DNA of 64,000 nucleotides from Sphingomonas sp. MMS24-J13 (GTDB lineage Bacteria; Pseudomonadota; Alphaproteobacteria; Sphingomonadales; Sphingomonadaceae): NCBI RefSeq assembly GCF_044905095.1, contig NZ_CP173258.1, positions 2,931,277 to 2,995,276 of the forward strand, read 5' to 3'. Shown piece by piece: positions 52,786 to 63,258 of this stretch (position 1 is its first letter; each line of letters starts with the position of its first letter). The notes under the pieces were generated by a model. It saw only the letters and a program-made list of their open reading frames with translations, ran no database searches and was not told where the DNA came from. The position numbers and the translations under genes were made by a program.

Positions 52786-54104
52786 GGGTGCGGCCGCAGC
52801 GTGATGCGGAAACGGTTCATCGCATAGGCCGTCGCCAGCAGCCCCACCGCGCAGGTGGCATAAGCCACGACACACATGAAGTTGGTCCAGCGCAGCGTAA
52901 GATGCCCGAAGTTGCGGACCAGCAGCAGCCCGACGCTGCCGCAATAGCCGCTCGCGTCCGCGACGTAGATCAGGAAGCCCGCATTGCCGGCAAAGGCGGT
53001 CGCCGCGATCAGCCGATCGAACAGCAAGGCGTTGAACGGCGTGTAGCCGAGATACAGCCCCGCCCCGATGATGATCATCCATGCCGCCGGCCCCAGCCAG
53101 CCGAGCTGGAACAAGGCGGTCGAAATCCCCAGCGACGCCAGCCCAATTCCGATCAGCACGAGGTTCCACATCACGGCACGCACATTGTCGCGCACCCGGA
53201 TGAGCATGCCCAGCGCGACCAGCGACACCGCCGCGACCGGGATCTCCGACCAGGTGAAGATGCTGGCCTCGCCTCCGTAACCGAGCTCGCCCCAGATCTC
53301 GGCTGCGAAATTGTCGCGGAAATCGCGGAGCGCGGTCAGCAGAACGTAGGTCGCGATCAGCGCGATCAGGGCGGGCGCATGCGCCCGGAAGAGCGCACGG
53401 CGCTGCGCGGCATCCATCGGCACGCGCGGCGAGCGCTCTTTCTCGTCCTGCGCGCTCGGCGGGGGCAATTGCGCGAGCGCCCAGACGGAGACCAGCAGCA
53501 AGGGTGCGAACAGCAGCCCGGTCGCGGCGGGCATCCAGCGCTCGCCCGCCCAGCCGCCGACGAGAAGCGCCTCGCCCGCCGATTTCACGATGCCCGACGA
53601 CAGGATGAAGCTCGCGCACAGGATCGCGCCGAGGATCTCGGTCAGCTGCCGTCCCTCGAGGAAGCCGACCACCAGCCCCCAGATCATGCCGAGCGCGAGC
53701 CCGTTGAAGAACAGCATCGCCACCCCGACCAAGGGCGGTGCCACCGCGAACACCACCAACGCGAGTTCGGCCAGGCCGATCAGCAGCAGGATCGCGATCG
53801 ATCGGTAGGCCGGCGGCATCTCCGACACGACCTTGATGCCGATGATCTTGGACAAGGCATAGCCCACGACCTGCGCGATCACGAGCAGGATCTTGAAATC
53901 GATCGCGAAATGCCAGCCGGCGACATGCGCATAGCTCGCCGCCGAGAAAGGCTTGCGATAGGCGTACATGGCAAAATAGGTGCTGAAGGCGGCGAGCCCG
54001 CCATAGAGCGCGAACACCGCCGACGGCGCGGTTCGCAGCCAGCGGGTGACGGCGCCCTCGTTGGCCACCGGCAGATCGCCCAGCGCAAGGCTCGCGCCGG
54101 TCAC
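52782..54104 (-). CDS. Polytopic membrane protein, probable transporter (resembles DUF5690-type proteins found in aminophosphonate operons)
   Basis: ~12 predicted TM helices. 4-nt overlaps with both neighbours. Confidence 0.55.
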   Translation of the reverse strand: MTGASLALGDLPVANEGAVTRWLRTAPSAVFALYGGLAAFSTYFAMYAYRKPFSAASYAHVAGWHFAIDFKILLVIAQVVGYALSKIIGIKVVSEMPPAYRSIAILLLIGLAELALVVFAVAPPLVGVAMLFFNGLALGMIWGLVVGFLEGRQLTEILGAILCASFILSSGIVKSAGEALLVGGWAGERWMPAATGLLFAPLLLVSVWALAQLPPPSAQDEKERSPRVPMDAAQRRALFRAHAPALIALIATYVLLTALRDFRDNFAAEIWGELGYGGEASIFTWSEIPVAAVSLVALGMLIRVRDNVRAVMWNLVLIGIGLASLGISTALFQLGWLGPAAWMIIIGAGLYLGYTPFNALLFDRLIAATAFAGNAGFLIYVADASGYCGSVGLLLVRNFGHLTLRWTNFMCVVAYATCAVGLLATAYAMNRFRITLRPHP

Positions 54105-54913
54105 AGGCCCGGCCTTTCGCCGGCAGCGATCCGGGCCCCGATGGTTTCGAGCACCGGCCAGAGATCCGCGACGCTATCGATCACATAATCGGCGCCGGCC
54201 GCGCGCAGATCGGCGGCAGCGGCATCGATCCGCCTCCGCCGCTCCTGCTCCGGCAAAGCAAACAGAGCATCATGATCGAGCCCGACGCCGTTGCCCGACG
54301 CCGCGAGACCGACCGTCCATGCACCGGCCGATTTGCCCTCGCCCATGCCGACCGGCGCATCGTCGACCTTCACGCACGCCCAGGCGGGCCACGCCCCGAT
54401 CTCGACCAGCGCCTTCCACAGCATCAGCGGCGACGGGCGACCCTCGATCGTCTCGCCCGAACAGACCACCACGTCGGGCGAATAGCCCTGTTCGGCGGCG
54501 AGCGGCAGGATGTCGGCCATCATCGGGCGCGTATAGCCGGTGCACGACGCGATCTGCACGCCCTCTGCACGCAGTTTCGCCGCAAGATCGGCCGCCCCCG
54601 GAATGAGCCTGGCACAATCCCTGGCCGCGCCGCGCATCATCGGCTCGACCTCGTCATGCAGCCCGGTCACATCGTCCTCGGACGGGGCGGCATCATGTGT
54701 TTCGGCCCACGCGGCGGCGACCCGCGGCTTGGCGAGGATGGCGCGGATATGGTCGCGCTTGGCGCGGCCCATATCTTCGCGCGCCTCCGCTTCGCTGATC
54801 GGCACGCCCGCCTGCTCGAACACGCGCTCGAGCGCCACGACTGGCGCGCAGCAGCCGTGATCGATCATCGTCCCCGCCCAATCGAGGATGACGGCCTTGA
54901 TCGGAAAGGTCAT
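54101..54913 (-). CDS. phnX: Phosphonoacetaldehyde hydrolase (phosphonatase), HAD superfamily
   Basis: N-terminus MTFPIKAVILDWAGTMIDHGCCAPVVALERVFEQAGVPISEAEAREDMGRAKRDHI aligns with PhnX (AVILDWAGTTVDFGSFAP...EARVPMGLGKWQHI). HAD motifs present. Confidence 0.85.
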   Translation of the reverse strand: MTFPIKAVILDWAGTMIDHGCCAPVVALERVFEQAGVPISEAEAREDMGRAKRDHIRAILAKPRVAAAWAETHDAAPSEDDVTGLHDEVEPMMRGAARDCARLIPGAADLAAKLRAEGVQIASCTGYTRPMMADILPLAAEQGYSPDVVVCSGETIEGRPSPLMLWKALVEIGAWPAWACVKVDDAPVGMGEGKSAGAWTVGLAASGNGVGLDHDALFALPEQERRRRIDAAAADLRAAGADYVIDSVADLWPVLETIGARIAAGERPGL

Positions 54914-56070
54914 GCGAGTGCTCCCACATCGGCACGGATCATATCGGCGATCACTTCTTCTGCCAGCGCGAAGCTGGTCGAGGCGCCGGTCCCGCCGGTG
55001 ACCACGACGAGGCGGACGCCCTCCATCGAGGTCTCGACGATGCTATGCCCGGCGGCCGAGGCATAGGTGCCGGTCCAGCGTTCGAGCACCGCGGGCACCT
55101 TGCCGAAGACGGCGCGGAATTCCTCGAGGATCAGCCGATCGACCTCGTCCGACGAGAAGGGATCGGGGGTGGGCGCATAATGATGACTGTCGCCGACGAC
55201 GAGGCTGCCATCGGCGCTTTGCGCCACGATCAGATGGATGCCGTTGGCCAGATGATCGCCCTGCTCGGCCAGCAGCCGCTGCCTGAGCGGCCCGGCCTCG
55301 GACAAGGCCGCATAACCCTGATAGCGGACCAGCCCGAGATCGGACATCACCGTGCCCGGCAGGCGGTAACCGGGCGAGGCGAGCCGCAACATCTGCAGCT
55401 TGCACCGCGTGATGCCGGCATGGGCCAGCGCATCGGGAAAGAGCGTCGCCAGATCGTCGCCCGGGCAAACGACGATCGTATCGGCACGAACCATGCCTTC
55501 GGCGGTTTCGAGCGCGCCGCTCTCCACGCGGTGGACCGCGACGCCGCGTCGGATCGTGACGCCATGATACGTCTCCAGCCACGCGGCCAGCGCCGGAATG
55601 GCAGTACGCGATTCGACGCGGAGATCGATCGCGCTGGTCAGCACGCCTTCGAGCCGATCGGGCACCATCGGCCCCAGCCTTGCCCGCGCCGCCGCTCCGT
55701 CGAGCCACGCGCAACCCTCGGCCATGTCGGTCTTGAGGAAAGCCTCGCAGACCGCGCGCGCCTCGGGCCGTTGCGCCACCATCACAAGCCCGGCCTGTTC
55801 GATCTGGATGCCGGCCGGCCCGGCCACTTCGGCCCAAAGGTCGCGCGATCGGCGGGCAAGGCGCCAGACTCTCCCCTGCTCCTGCCCCGTCACGGTGACG
55901 AAGCCGAAATTGCGGATCGAGGCACCGTTGGCCTGGGTGTCGCGATCGATCACGATCACCTTCATGCCCTGACGCACCGCCGCGAGCGCGTGGGCGAGGC
56001 CGACGATGCCGGCGCCGACGATGGCGATGTCGAACCTGTCCTGCGGCAAAGGGCCTGTTCCTTTATTCAA
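54910..56070 (-). CDS. FAD-dependent oxidoreductase (DAO family; aminophosphonate oxidoreductase-like)
   Basis: Rossmann motif IAIVGAGIVGLAHA. DAO-type domain. Gene context with phnX. Confidence 0.75.
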   Translation of the reverse strand: MNKGTGPLPQDRFDIAIVGAGIVGLAHALAAVRQGMKVIVIDRDTQANGASIRNFGFVTVTGQEQGRVWRLARRSRDLWAEVAGPAGIQIEQAGLVMVAQRPEARAVCEAFLKTDMAEGCAWLDGAAARARLGPMVPDRLEGVLTSAIDLRVESRTAIPALAAWLETYHGVTIRRGVAVHRVESGALETAEGMVRADTIVVCPGDDLATLFPDALAHAGITRCKLQMLRLASPGYRLPGTVMSDLGLVRYQGYAALSEAGPLRQRLLAEQGDHLANGIHLIVAQSADGSLVVGDSHHYAPTPDPFSSDEVDRLILEEFRAVFGKVPAVLERWTGTYASAAGHSIVETSMEGVRLVVVTGGTGASTSFALAEEVIADMIRADVGALA

Positions 56071-56099
56071 CCGGGGTGACGAAAGGGGTGGTCATCCCC

Positions 56100-58210
56100 C
56101 TAAACCTCATGCCGGGCGAGCGCGGTGGCGCGCATCGCCGGATCGGAGATCGAGTCCCGCCCGGTTTCGAGCCGCCCGGCGAGCCGACGAAGGTAGCGCT
56201 CGTCCCCAGTCACCCGCACCGCGAGATCGTACCAGCCCGATGTCTCGGCCAACGACCAGGTCACCGCCGTCGACTGGCCCGGCGGAAGCGCGAAATGCTT
56301 CGCCGCGATCATGCCGCCATAGGCCATCGGGCTGATCTCGACCTGCCGCGCCGTCGCGGCCGGGTTCGTGACGGTCAGCGCGATCGTCGACTTTGCCGGA
56401 TCCGATCGCATCGTAACCTGCAGGGCATCGGCCTGCCCCGCGCCGATGAAATGCCGATGAAAACCGTTGGGGCCCAGTACCCACAGATCGTACACCTCGC
56501 CGGCCCAGTTCCCCCGCAAACTCTCGCTGGCGCCGACCGTGTAGCGGCGCGGCACGGCATCGCGGTGCAGCCGATCGTAAACGTGGAAGACCGCTGCCAC
56601 CTGACCGCGATTGTCGAAGGTCAGTTCGATGCCGTTGGCGGTCACCGCCCCTTGGACTTCCAGCACATAAGGCAACGCGCGCGACGGGCGTACACCCGTC
56701 GCCTGCGCCGGCATCGTCACCGCCATCGGCGGAACGGCAGGAATGGTCTTCGTCAGCGTGCCGGCACGCCGCGCGGTCGCCGCGGTCTCGGGCAGCCGCG
56801 GCCAGTTGCGCGCTTCGTTCGGCCGCTTGAAATCGAACGCCGAGGTGAGATCCCCGCACACCGCGCGCCGCCACGGCGAGATGTTGGGTTCGTGCACCCC
56901 GAATTGCTGCTCGAGGAAGCGGATCACCGAAGTGTGGTCGAACACCTGGCTGTCGACCCAACCGCCCCGGCTCCACGGCGAGACGACATACATCGGCACG
57001 CGCGGACCGAGCCCGTAAGGCCGCCCCATCAGTTCGGGTCGCTCGGCCGCCTTGTCCCCGGCCGAGGGAACGAGATGATATTCGCCCGCGGTCGACACGG
57101 TCGAGGCACCAGCCAGGCCGTGGGGCGCCCCCGCATCGCGCGAGGGCGCGGCCGGTGGCGGGACATGATCAAAGAAGCCATCATTCTCGTCGAACATCAC
57201 GAGCAGGACGGTGCGACTCCACACCGCCGGATTGGCGGTGAGCGCATCGATCACGCGCGCGGTATAATCCGCACCCTGCGCCGGGCTCGACGCCGCCGGA
57301 TGCTCGGAGCTCGCCGCATCGGTGACGATGTAGGAGATTTGCGGCAAGGTGCCGGCGAGCGCATCGGCGGCGAAGCGATCGAGCTTCTGCGTCGTCATGC
57401 CGCGCGCGATGAGCTCATGATCGGCACCGGCCGGGCCGACATCATGTGCGTCGCGGAAGCGCTGGAAGCCCACCAGCGGATTGTCGGTGAAGTTGTCCGC
57501 CATATCCTCGTAGATGCGCCAGTCGATCCCGGCGGCCTGGAGGCGCTCGACATAGGTCGTCCAGCGATAGCCCTCTGCGAAGCCGCCATCCTTGACGAGG
57601 CTGTCGTGCGAATTGCCGATCGCGGGGCCGCCTTGCCTGCCCCCGGATCGTTGGTCCCGCTCCACAGCATCAGCCGGTTGCTGTTGGTCCCGGTCTGCAA
57701 CGCGCAATGATAGGCGTCGCAGAGGGTGAAGGCCTCGGCCAGCGCGAACTGGAAGGGCAGATCGTCGCGCTTGTAATGGCCCATCGATCGTTCGGTCTTG
57801 GCCTCGGGCCAATGGCTCATCCGGCCCTCGTCCCACGCCGCCTGCGCGTCGGGCCAGCTATGCGGGGTGCCCTCGGCGCGCATCAGCGCGAAGGTACCGG
57901 TCGTGTCGAGATGGAAGGGGGCGATCTGCTTGGGCTCGGCGGACGGGCGATGCTGGGTCCATACCGTCGCCCGCTCCTCTCCCTCTGCCGACGGGATCGG
58001 CAGGCGATCGCCGAAGCCGCGTACCCCCGCGAGCGATCCGAAATAGTGATCGAAGCTGCGATTCTCCTGCATCAGGATCACGACATGCTGGACGTCCATG
58101 ATCGATCCGTGGCGCACATCGGCATCGATCGCGGCGGCACGGCTGACCGAGGCGAGCAGCCCGGCGGCTGCGGTGGCGAGCAGCCCGCGCCGATCGAGCT
58201 CAAGCGTCAT
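56100..58210 (-). pseudogene. Phosphocholine-specific phospholipase C / acid phosphatase family (Tat-secreted), interrupted by 1-nt frameshift in a G5/C5 run near 57639-57643
   Basis: ORF 57395..58414 carries the Tat signal (MTLELDRRGLLATAAAGLLA) and IMQENRSFDHYFG. The protein continues in ORF 56100..57836 from GGPAIGNSHDSLVKDGGFAEGYRW to VLLVMFDENDGFFDHVPPP. Restoring one G gives a continuous DPGGRQGGPAIGN. Confidence 0.75.
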
Positions 58211-60215
58211 GGTAACGCACCATCGCATCGCCGAGCGCGGCCTGGAGCGGGCCGAGCCAGGGTTCGTACGCCTTCCACTGATCGAGCCCGTCGCGGAAGA
58301 TCGGGCGGCGCACCTGTTCGGAGCTGGGCGTGCGCACGTTGCGCCGGTTCTTGTGGAATTCGATGCAGCCGGGCTCGAAGGCCAGCCCGCAATGATCGAG
58401 GATGCGCCGCACACTGCCCTCCAGATCGTCGATCACATCCTCATGCTGGATGCGCAGCACGCGGCCCGGCAGCGCATCGTCCCAATGCGCCATCAGATCG
58501 AGATAGGTGCGGTAGTAACGCGCAATATCGTCGATGCTGTAGGAAAATTCCTGCCCCTGCGCGAACAGCTGCTTGAGGTTGCTGAAGCAGCACGACATCG
58601 GATCGCGCCGCGCGTCGATGATCTTGGCGTTGGGCAGCATCAGATGGATCAGCCCGATATGCCGGAAGTTGTTCGGCATCTTGTCGATGAAGAAAGCTTT
58701 GCCGGTGCGGTAGGCGCGGGTGTCGTCGATATAACGCTGGCCAAGTGCTTCGACATGCTCGCGCGCCAGATCTTGCAGCATCGTCGGGTAGCGCGGATCG
58801 TTCAGGTCGGGATCGCGCCCCTGCAGTTCGAGCACGATGCGCTGGATGTCCGCCAGTTCCTGCGTGCCCTCGACCTGCGAATGCGAGGCGAGGATCTGCT
58901 CGATCAAGGTCGATCCGGAGCGCGGCAGGCCGACGATGAAGATCGGATCGGGATCGGACACGCCCCAGCCCTTGCGCCCCGCGAAGAAAGCAGGCGTGCA
59001 GACCGCGCTCTGCTGGCGCGTGTTGGTTTCGAGGATTTCGGGCCGATAGCGGCTCTCTGCCCTCTGGAGCGCATTACCGCGCTCGTAATAGCGCCACGAG
59101 TCCGCAATCTCGCCGCGATCCTCCAGCGCCTTGCCGAGCGCGAAGCAGAGATGGATGCGATCGACGGTGGCGGTGCCGGCCGCGGTTTCGGCCGCGCGCA
59201 TCGCTGCGATCTCGGCCTCTTCGAAGCGATAGGTCTTCAGGTTGGCGAGGCTCCAATAAGCATCGCCGAAATCGGGACGCGCCGCAGCGGCCGCGCGATA
59301 GGATGCCACCGCATCGGGCACGTCACCGACCGTCTTCAGAGCATGCCCCAGCCAGAGGTGCGCATCGGGCGAGTCCGGCTGGGCCGCGAGCAAGGTGCGG
59401 TACAATTCGATCGAGCGCTCATTCTCGCCGAGCCCCACCGCCGCGGTCGCGGCGAGCGCCAGATAGTCCGCATTGCGCGGATCGAGCGCCATCAGCCCAT
59501 CAAGCTGAGTGCGCGCCTCGGCATATTTGTGCCGTTGGACGAGGCATTGCGCATATTCGAGCCGCGCCGCGCGATGGTCGGGCACCATCGCCAGCACCGC
59601 TTCGAGCAGCAATTCGGCATCGTCGAGCACGTCACGCGCCATGCCGATCTTGGCGAGCAGCCGCATCGCCTCGGGATGATCGCCATGTTCGATCAGGTAA
59701 GCGCGGATGATCTGCTCGGCCGGCGCCAGATCGCCGTCGAAGAAGAAGGTCGTCGCGGTCACGATCTCGGAGGGTAGGTCCCTCAGTGTCGCCGAATGCG
59801 CCGCCGCGGTGGCGGCATTGGCGGCATCGCCGGTGAGGCGATAAACGCCCTCCAGCATCCGCCAGCTCATCGGCAGCGCCGGATTGATATTGACCGCGCG
59901 GAGCAGCGCATCGATCGCGGGGCCCGCTTCCTTGCGCGCGACATGGCACAGGCCGCGTTCCTGCAGCGCCCGGCTGTAGCGCGGATGGTGGCGATCGAGT
60001 TGGTCGAGCATCGCCAGCGCCTCGCCAATGCGGCTCATGCTGCGCAGGCTCGACGCCGCGATCATCAGGAGATCGCGATTTTCCGGCAGATCGACGAGCA
60101 ACGCCTGGGCGCCCTCCAGCGCCGCCGCATGCTCGCCCTCCTGCTGCCGCCGCCGCAGCCGCGCCACCGCATGTTCGATCGGCAAAGGCGCGGTATCGGC
60201 CTCATTTTCCGTCAT
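58200..60215 (-). CDS. TPR-repeat protein with C-terminal sulfotransferase domain
   Basis: Multiple TPR units, then PRSGSTLIEQILASHS (5'-PSB loop) and the rest of the sulfotransferase fold. Start taken at MTENEAD because the upstream codons are low GC3 and run into the repeat element. Confidence 0.75.
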   Translation of the reverse strand: MTENEADTAPLPIEHAVARLRRRQQEGEHAAALEGAQALLVDLPENRDLLMIAASSLRSMSRIGEALAMLDQLDRHHPRYSRALQERGLCHVARKEAGPAIDALLRAVNINPALPMSWRMLEGVYRLTGDAANAATAAAHSATLRDLPSEIVTATTFFFDGDLAPAEQIIRAYLIEHGDHPEAMRLLAKIGMARDVLDDAELLLEAVLAMVPDHRAARLEYAQCLVQRHKYAEARTQLDGLMALDPRNADYLALAATAAVGLGENERSIELYRTLLAAQPDSPDAHLWLGHALKTVGDVPDAVASYRAAAAARPDFGDAYWSLANLKTYRFEEAEIAAMRAAETAAGTATVDRIHLCFALGKALEDRGEIADSWRYYERGNALQRAESRYRPEILETNTRQQSAVCTPAFFAGRKGWGVSDPDPIFIVGLPRSGSTLIEQILASHSQVEGTQELADIQRIVLELQGRDPDLNDPRYPTMLQDLAREHVEALGQRYIDDTRAYRTGKAFFIDKMPNNFRHIGLIHLMLPNAKIIDARRDPMSCCFSNLKQLFAQGQEFSYSIDDIARYYRTYLDLMAHWDDALPGRVLRIQHEDVIDDLEGSVRRILDHCGLAFEPGCIEFHKNRRNVRTPSSEQVRRPIFRDGLDQWKAYEPWLGPLQAALGDAMVRYHDA

Positions 60216-60257
60216 GGTGCGATACTCGCGGCGGGACACAATATTCCGATTATACAA

Positions 60258-60356
60258 GACCCGTCATTCCCGCGCAGGCGGGAATCCATATTCCCAAAGG
60301 CTGCGTTCTTGCACGCTGGTCCGGATGATATGGATTCCCGCCTACGCGGGAATGAC
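60258..60356. repeat. Palindromic MITE/REP-like element, family A, second full copy
   Basis: gacccgtcattcccgcgcaggcgggaatccatattcccaaagg...atatggattcccgcctacgcgggaatgacg. Same termini and nested palindrome as 3397..3496. Confidence 0.7.
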
Positions 60357-60363
60357 GATCCAA

Positions 60364-63039
60364 TCAGAAATCGTAGCCCATACGCAGGCCATAGACCCGC
60401 GGACGGATCGGCACCTCGGCCTTGATGAACTCGGTCGACGAGGTGAACGTGCTCGCATGCGAGTTCGTCAGGTTGGTGACGTAGAGTTGCGCATTCCAGC
60501 GATCGTGCGCCACGCCCATCGACGCATCGACCGTCGCATAACCCGGCTGCTTGTAGCGCAGGAAGGTCGTAGCCGGGACGACCACGCCTTCGCCCGACAG
60601 GTAGGTTGCGGGCTGGTTATACATCGTGCCGGTATAGTTCACGCCGGCCTGCACGAACGGCTTATACTCGCCCTGCTCCCAATCGTAGCGGATATGCCCG
60701 CTGCCCTGGAACTTGGGCGAGAAGGCCGCGACCGATCCGACTTCGCCGAACGGGTTCTGGAAGGCCGCACCCTTCACCTGCGTGATGCACTTGCCGAAGG
60801 TCGGCGAGGCGGCGATGTTGCTGACGAGGCAGGGCGAGTTGGTCTGCTTGTTCTTGTTGTAGGTCGCAGTGCCCTGCAGGGTGAGGCCACGCGTCGGCCG
60901 CGCGGTCATCTGCAGTTCGACGCCTTTGATATTGTAGTTGGGGCCGTTGACGCCGAACGTCGTGTTGCCGAGCTGGGCCGGATTGTAGAACAGGAACTGC
61001 ACGTTCTTCCAGTTCATGTTGTAGGCCGACAGGTTGATCATCAGGCGATGGTCGAACAACGCCGTCTTCAAACCCGCCTCGAAATTGTCGAGCGAGTCCG
61101 GCGCATAGCCGTTGGGCGTCAGATATTGCGCGGTGCCGCCATTCGCCGCCGTGCCGGGACCGACCGCGACCGACCGCTGCGTGCGGCTGAAGCCGCCCGG
61201 GCGGAAGCCCTGCGAGAAGGTGAAATAGGCCATCGTCGTCGGGTCGATCTTCCAGTTGATGCTCGCCCGGCTCTTGAAGCCATGATAGGTCACATGATCG
61301 CCGTGCGTGCCGATATCGAACGTGCCGCTGTTGGGCGCGCACTGGCCGTTGGGCACGTTCAGGCAGCTCGGCGTACGCACCGCATATTGCGCGCCGACCT
61401 CATATTCCTTGTAATTGTAGTAACGCGTGCCGCCAGTGATCGTCAGGACATCGGGAATGATGTCGAAATCGACCGAGCCGAAGAAGGCGAACTGCCGGTA
61501 GCCGCGCTTCACGTCTTCGCCGAAGCCGGTATTGTCGCCGCGCACGCCCGGATCGTTGACGTCGGCACCCGCGATGGTGCGGATGTTGGCAGCGCAGACC
61601 TGCCCGCCGGCGAGTGCGATCGCGAGGTTCTGCGCGTTGCACGACGGGATCGTCTTATACTCGAAGTTCATCACGTCTTCGACTTTGAACTTCTCGTGGA
61701 ATGCGCCGGCGATCACGCGGATGCGTCCGGTATCGGGCGTGCTGACGCGGAATTCGTTGGTGAGGTGGGTGTTCCTGACCTTGTCGTGCCAATAGGTCGC
61801 GGGCGAGAAGCAGGTCGCGGCACCCGAACCCCAGCCGGTCGCGCCGCCCGAGCAGGTATAATAGACGCCGTACGCGGTACGCGAATAGTTGGTGTAGTCG
61901 ACCTGGTTGTCGATATGCCGGGTGAGGTAGGAGCCGGTATAGACCGCGCTCAACGGCCCGATCTTGCCATGGACGGTCCAGGCCGTGCTCTCGAACTTGT
62001 CATGATCGTAGCTCGGCACGAAGGTCGTGACCTGGAGCGGCTTCAGCGGCTGGAAATCCGATCCGGTCGGATAGGATGACGATACGCCGAGCACGTCGAG
62101 ATGCTGGACGCTCTCGGTCACCAGCACGTTCCAGTCGCTGTTGATATCCCACAGCGCCTCGATCCGGCCGCCGGTGTACGTGACCGGGTTGAAGTCCTTC
62201 TCGGCGGTGGTGCTGTTGTTGATCTGGGCGCCCGGGCCGGTGACGGTGCAGAAGCCGGTCGTGGTGCCGAGGCCGTTGGGACATTTGCCCGCGGTCGGCT
62301 TGATGTTCAGGTAGTAGGCGCCCGGATCGTCGTTCGAGCGGGTGAAAGTGCTCGGCACGTTATCGATATAGCCGCCGCGGCGCTCGTTATAGATCGTCGC
62401 GCGGATGCCGAGCTTGTCCTTGATGATCGGCACGTTGAGCGTGACGACCTCGGAGTTGTTGGCGGCACCGCCCGAGGTGAAGCCGTACATCGCCTCGGCA
62501 TGGCCGCCGAACGCGTCGAGCTTGGGCTTGTTGGTGATGTAGCGCACCGCGCCCGCCTCGGCGCCGCCGCCGAAGAGCGTGCCCTGCGGGCCTTCGAGCA
62601 CCTCGACCCGCTCGAGATCGGCGGCATAGACGTCGATGTTGCGCGCCGGGAACTGCATCGACTGATCGTCGAGATAGAGCGCGACGTTGGGGAAGTTGGC
62701 GATCGTCGCGCTCGACTGGCCGCCCGCGAAACCGGCGCTCAGGCCGCGCATGAAGATCGCGCCCTGCCCCGGGCCATTATTGCCGAAGGTGATGTTGGGG
62801 ACGTACTTGATGAGGTCGTCGAACGACTTGATGTTGAGCTGCGACAGGGTCTGGCCGGTCAGTGCCTGGATCGTGATCGGCACCTTCTGGATGCCTTCGT
62901 CGCGGCGCTGCGCGGTGACGATGATCTCGCCTTCCACCGGCGCGGTGGCGGCGTCGGGCGCGGGATCGGCGGGTGCGGCGTAGGCGTGGCCGCCCAGCAG
63001 CGCGGCCATGGCGCAGGTCATCAGATAGCGCGTCTTCAT
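60364..63039 (-). CDS. TonB-dependent outer-membrane receptor
   Basis: Signal peptide. Plug domain (EGEIIVTAQRRDEGIQKVPITIQAL). Long beta-barrel. C-terminal ...RMGYDF. Confidence 0.85.
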   Translation of the reverse strand: MKTRYLMTCAMAALLGGHAYAAPADPAPDAATAPVEGEIIVTAQRRDEGIQKVPITIQALTGQTLSQLNIKSFDDLIKYVPNITFGNNGPGQGAIFMRGLSAGFAGGQSSATIANFPNVALYLDDQSMQFPARNIDVYAADLERVEVLEGPQGTLFGGGAEAGAVRYITNKPKLDAFGGHAEAMYGFTSGGAANNSEVVTLNVPIIKDKLGIRATIYNERRGGYIDNVPSTFTRSNDDPGAYYLNIKPTAGKCPNGLGTTTGFCTVTGPGAQINNSTTAEKDFNPVTYTGGRIEALWDINSDWNVLVTESVQHLDVLGVSSSYPTGSDFQPLKPLQVTTFVPSYDHDKFESTAWTVHGKIGPLSAVYTGSYLTRHIDNQVDYTNYSRTAYGVYYTCSGGATGWGSGAATCFSPATYWHDKVRNTHLTNEFRVSTPDTGRIRVIAGAFHEKFKVEDVMNFEYKTIPSCNAQNLAIALAGGQVCAANIRTIAGADVNDPGVRGDNTGFGEDVKRGYRQFAFFGSVDFDIIPDVLTITGGTRYYNYKEYEVGAQYAVRTPSCLNVPNGQCAPNSGTFDIGTHGDHVTYHGFKSRASINWKIDPTTMAYFTFSQGFRPGGFSRTQRSVAVGPGTAANGGTAQYLTPNGYAPDSLDNFEAGLKTALFDHRLMINLSAYNMNWKNVQFLFYNPAQLGNTTFGVNGPNYNIKGVELQMTARPTRGLTLQGTATYNKNKQTNSPCLVSNIAASPTFGKCITQVKGAAFQNPFGEVGSVAAFSPKFQGSGHIRYDWEQGEYKPFVQAGVNYTGTMYNQPATYLSGEGVVVPATTFLRYKQPGYATVDASMGVAHDRWNAQLYVTNLTNSHASTFTSSTEFIKAEVPIRPRVYGLRMGYDF

Positions 63040-63184
63040 CTCTGTACCCCTGAGATAGGTGATGGCGCACCCGGGCCCCCGCCCAAGGTGTCTCCCCGAT
63101 GCGGGCCGATTCGTGCCGGCCCGTCGCGCCGCTCCTTTCGTCCCGAAGCCCGCATCGCCGCCAAGTCATTGGCTGGATGGCGCG

Positions 63185-63199
63185 CATAGGCGGCGCCTA
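63185..63199. promoter_or_regulatory. Perfect 15-bp palindrome ATAGGCGGCGCCTAT (T-N11-A LysR-type box) in divergent lysR/TonB-receptor intergenic region
   Basis: Seen directly. Located ~60 nt upstream of the LysR start and ~150 nt upstream of the receptor start. Confidence 0.45.
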
Positions 63200-63258
63200 T
63201 GGGAAAGCCGCCAAACTGTCACAAATCCGTCGCGCACGCGGCCTAGCCGGGGCCGGTC

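Noticed and set aside
52786-53619. N-terminal 278 aa of ORF 51700..53619 (639 aa)
   Set aside because: Overlaps the 12-TM membrane protein gene (52782..54104) in a different frame and is Arg-rich low-complexity sequence. The PLP enzyme starts at MTRDDLP (52785) with a 4-nt overlap typical of this operon.
60216-60257. First 14 codons (MYNRNIVSRREYRT) of ORF 58200..60257
   Set aside because: Low GC3 codons (tat aat cgg aat att) and overlap with the family A repeat. The downstream ATG at 60215 (MTENEAD) has genome-typical codon usage.
60028-62079. 683-aa plus-strand ORF opposite the TonB receptor
   Set aside because: Antisense artefact. The minus strand encodes plug and barrel with a terminal aromatic residue.
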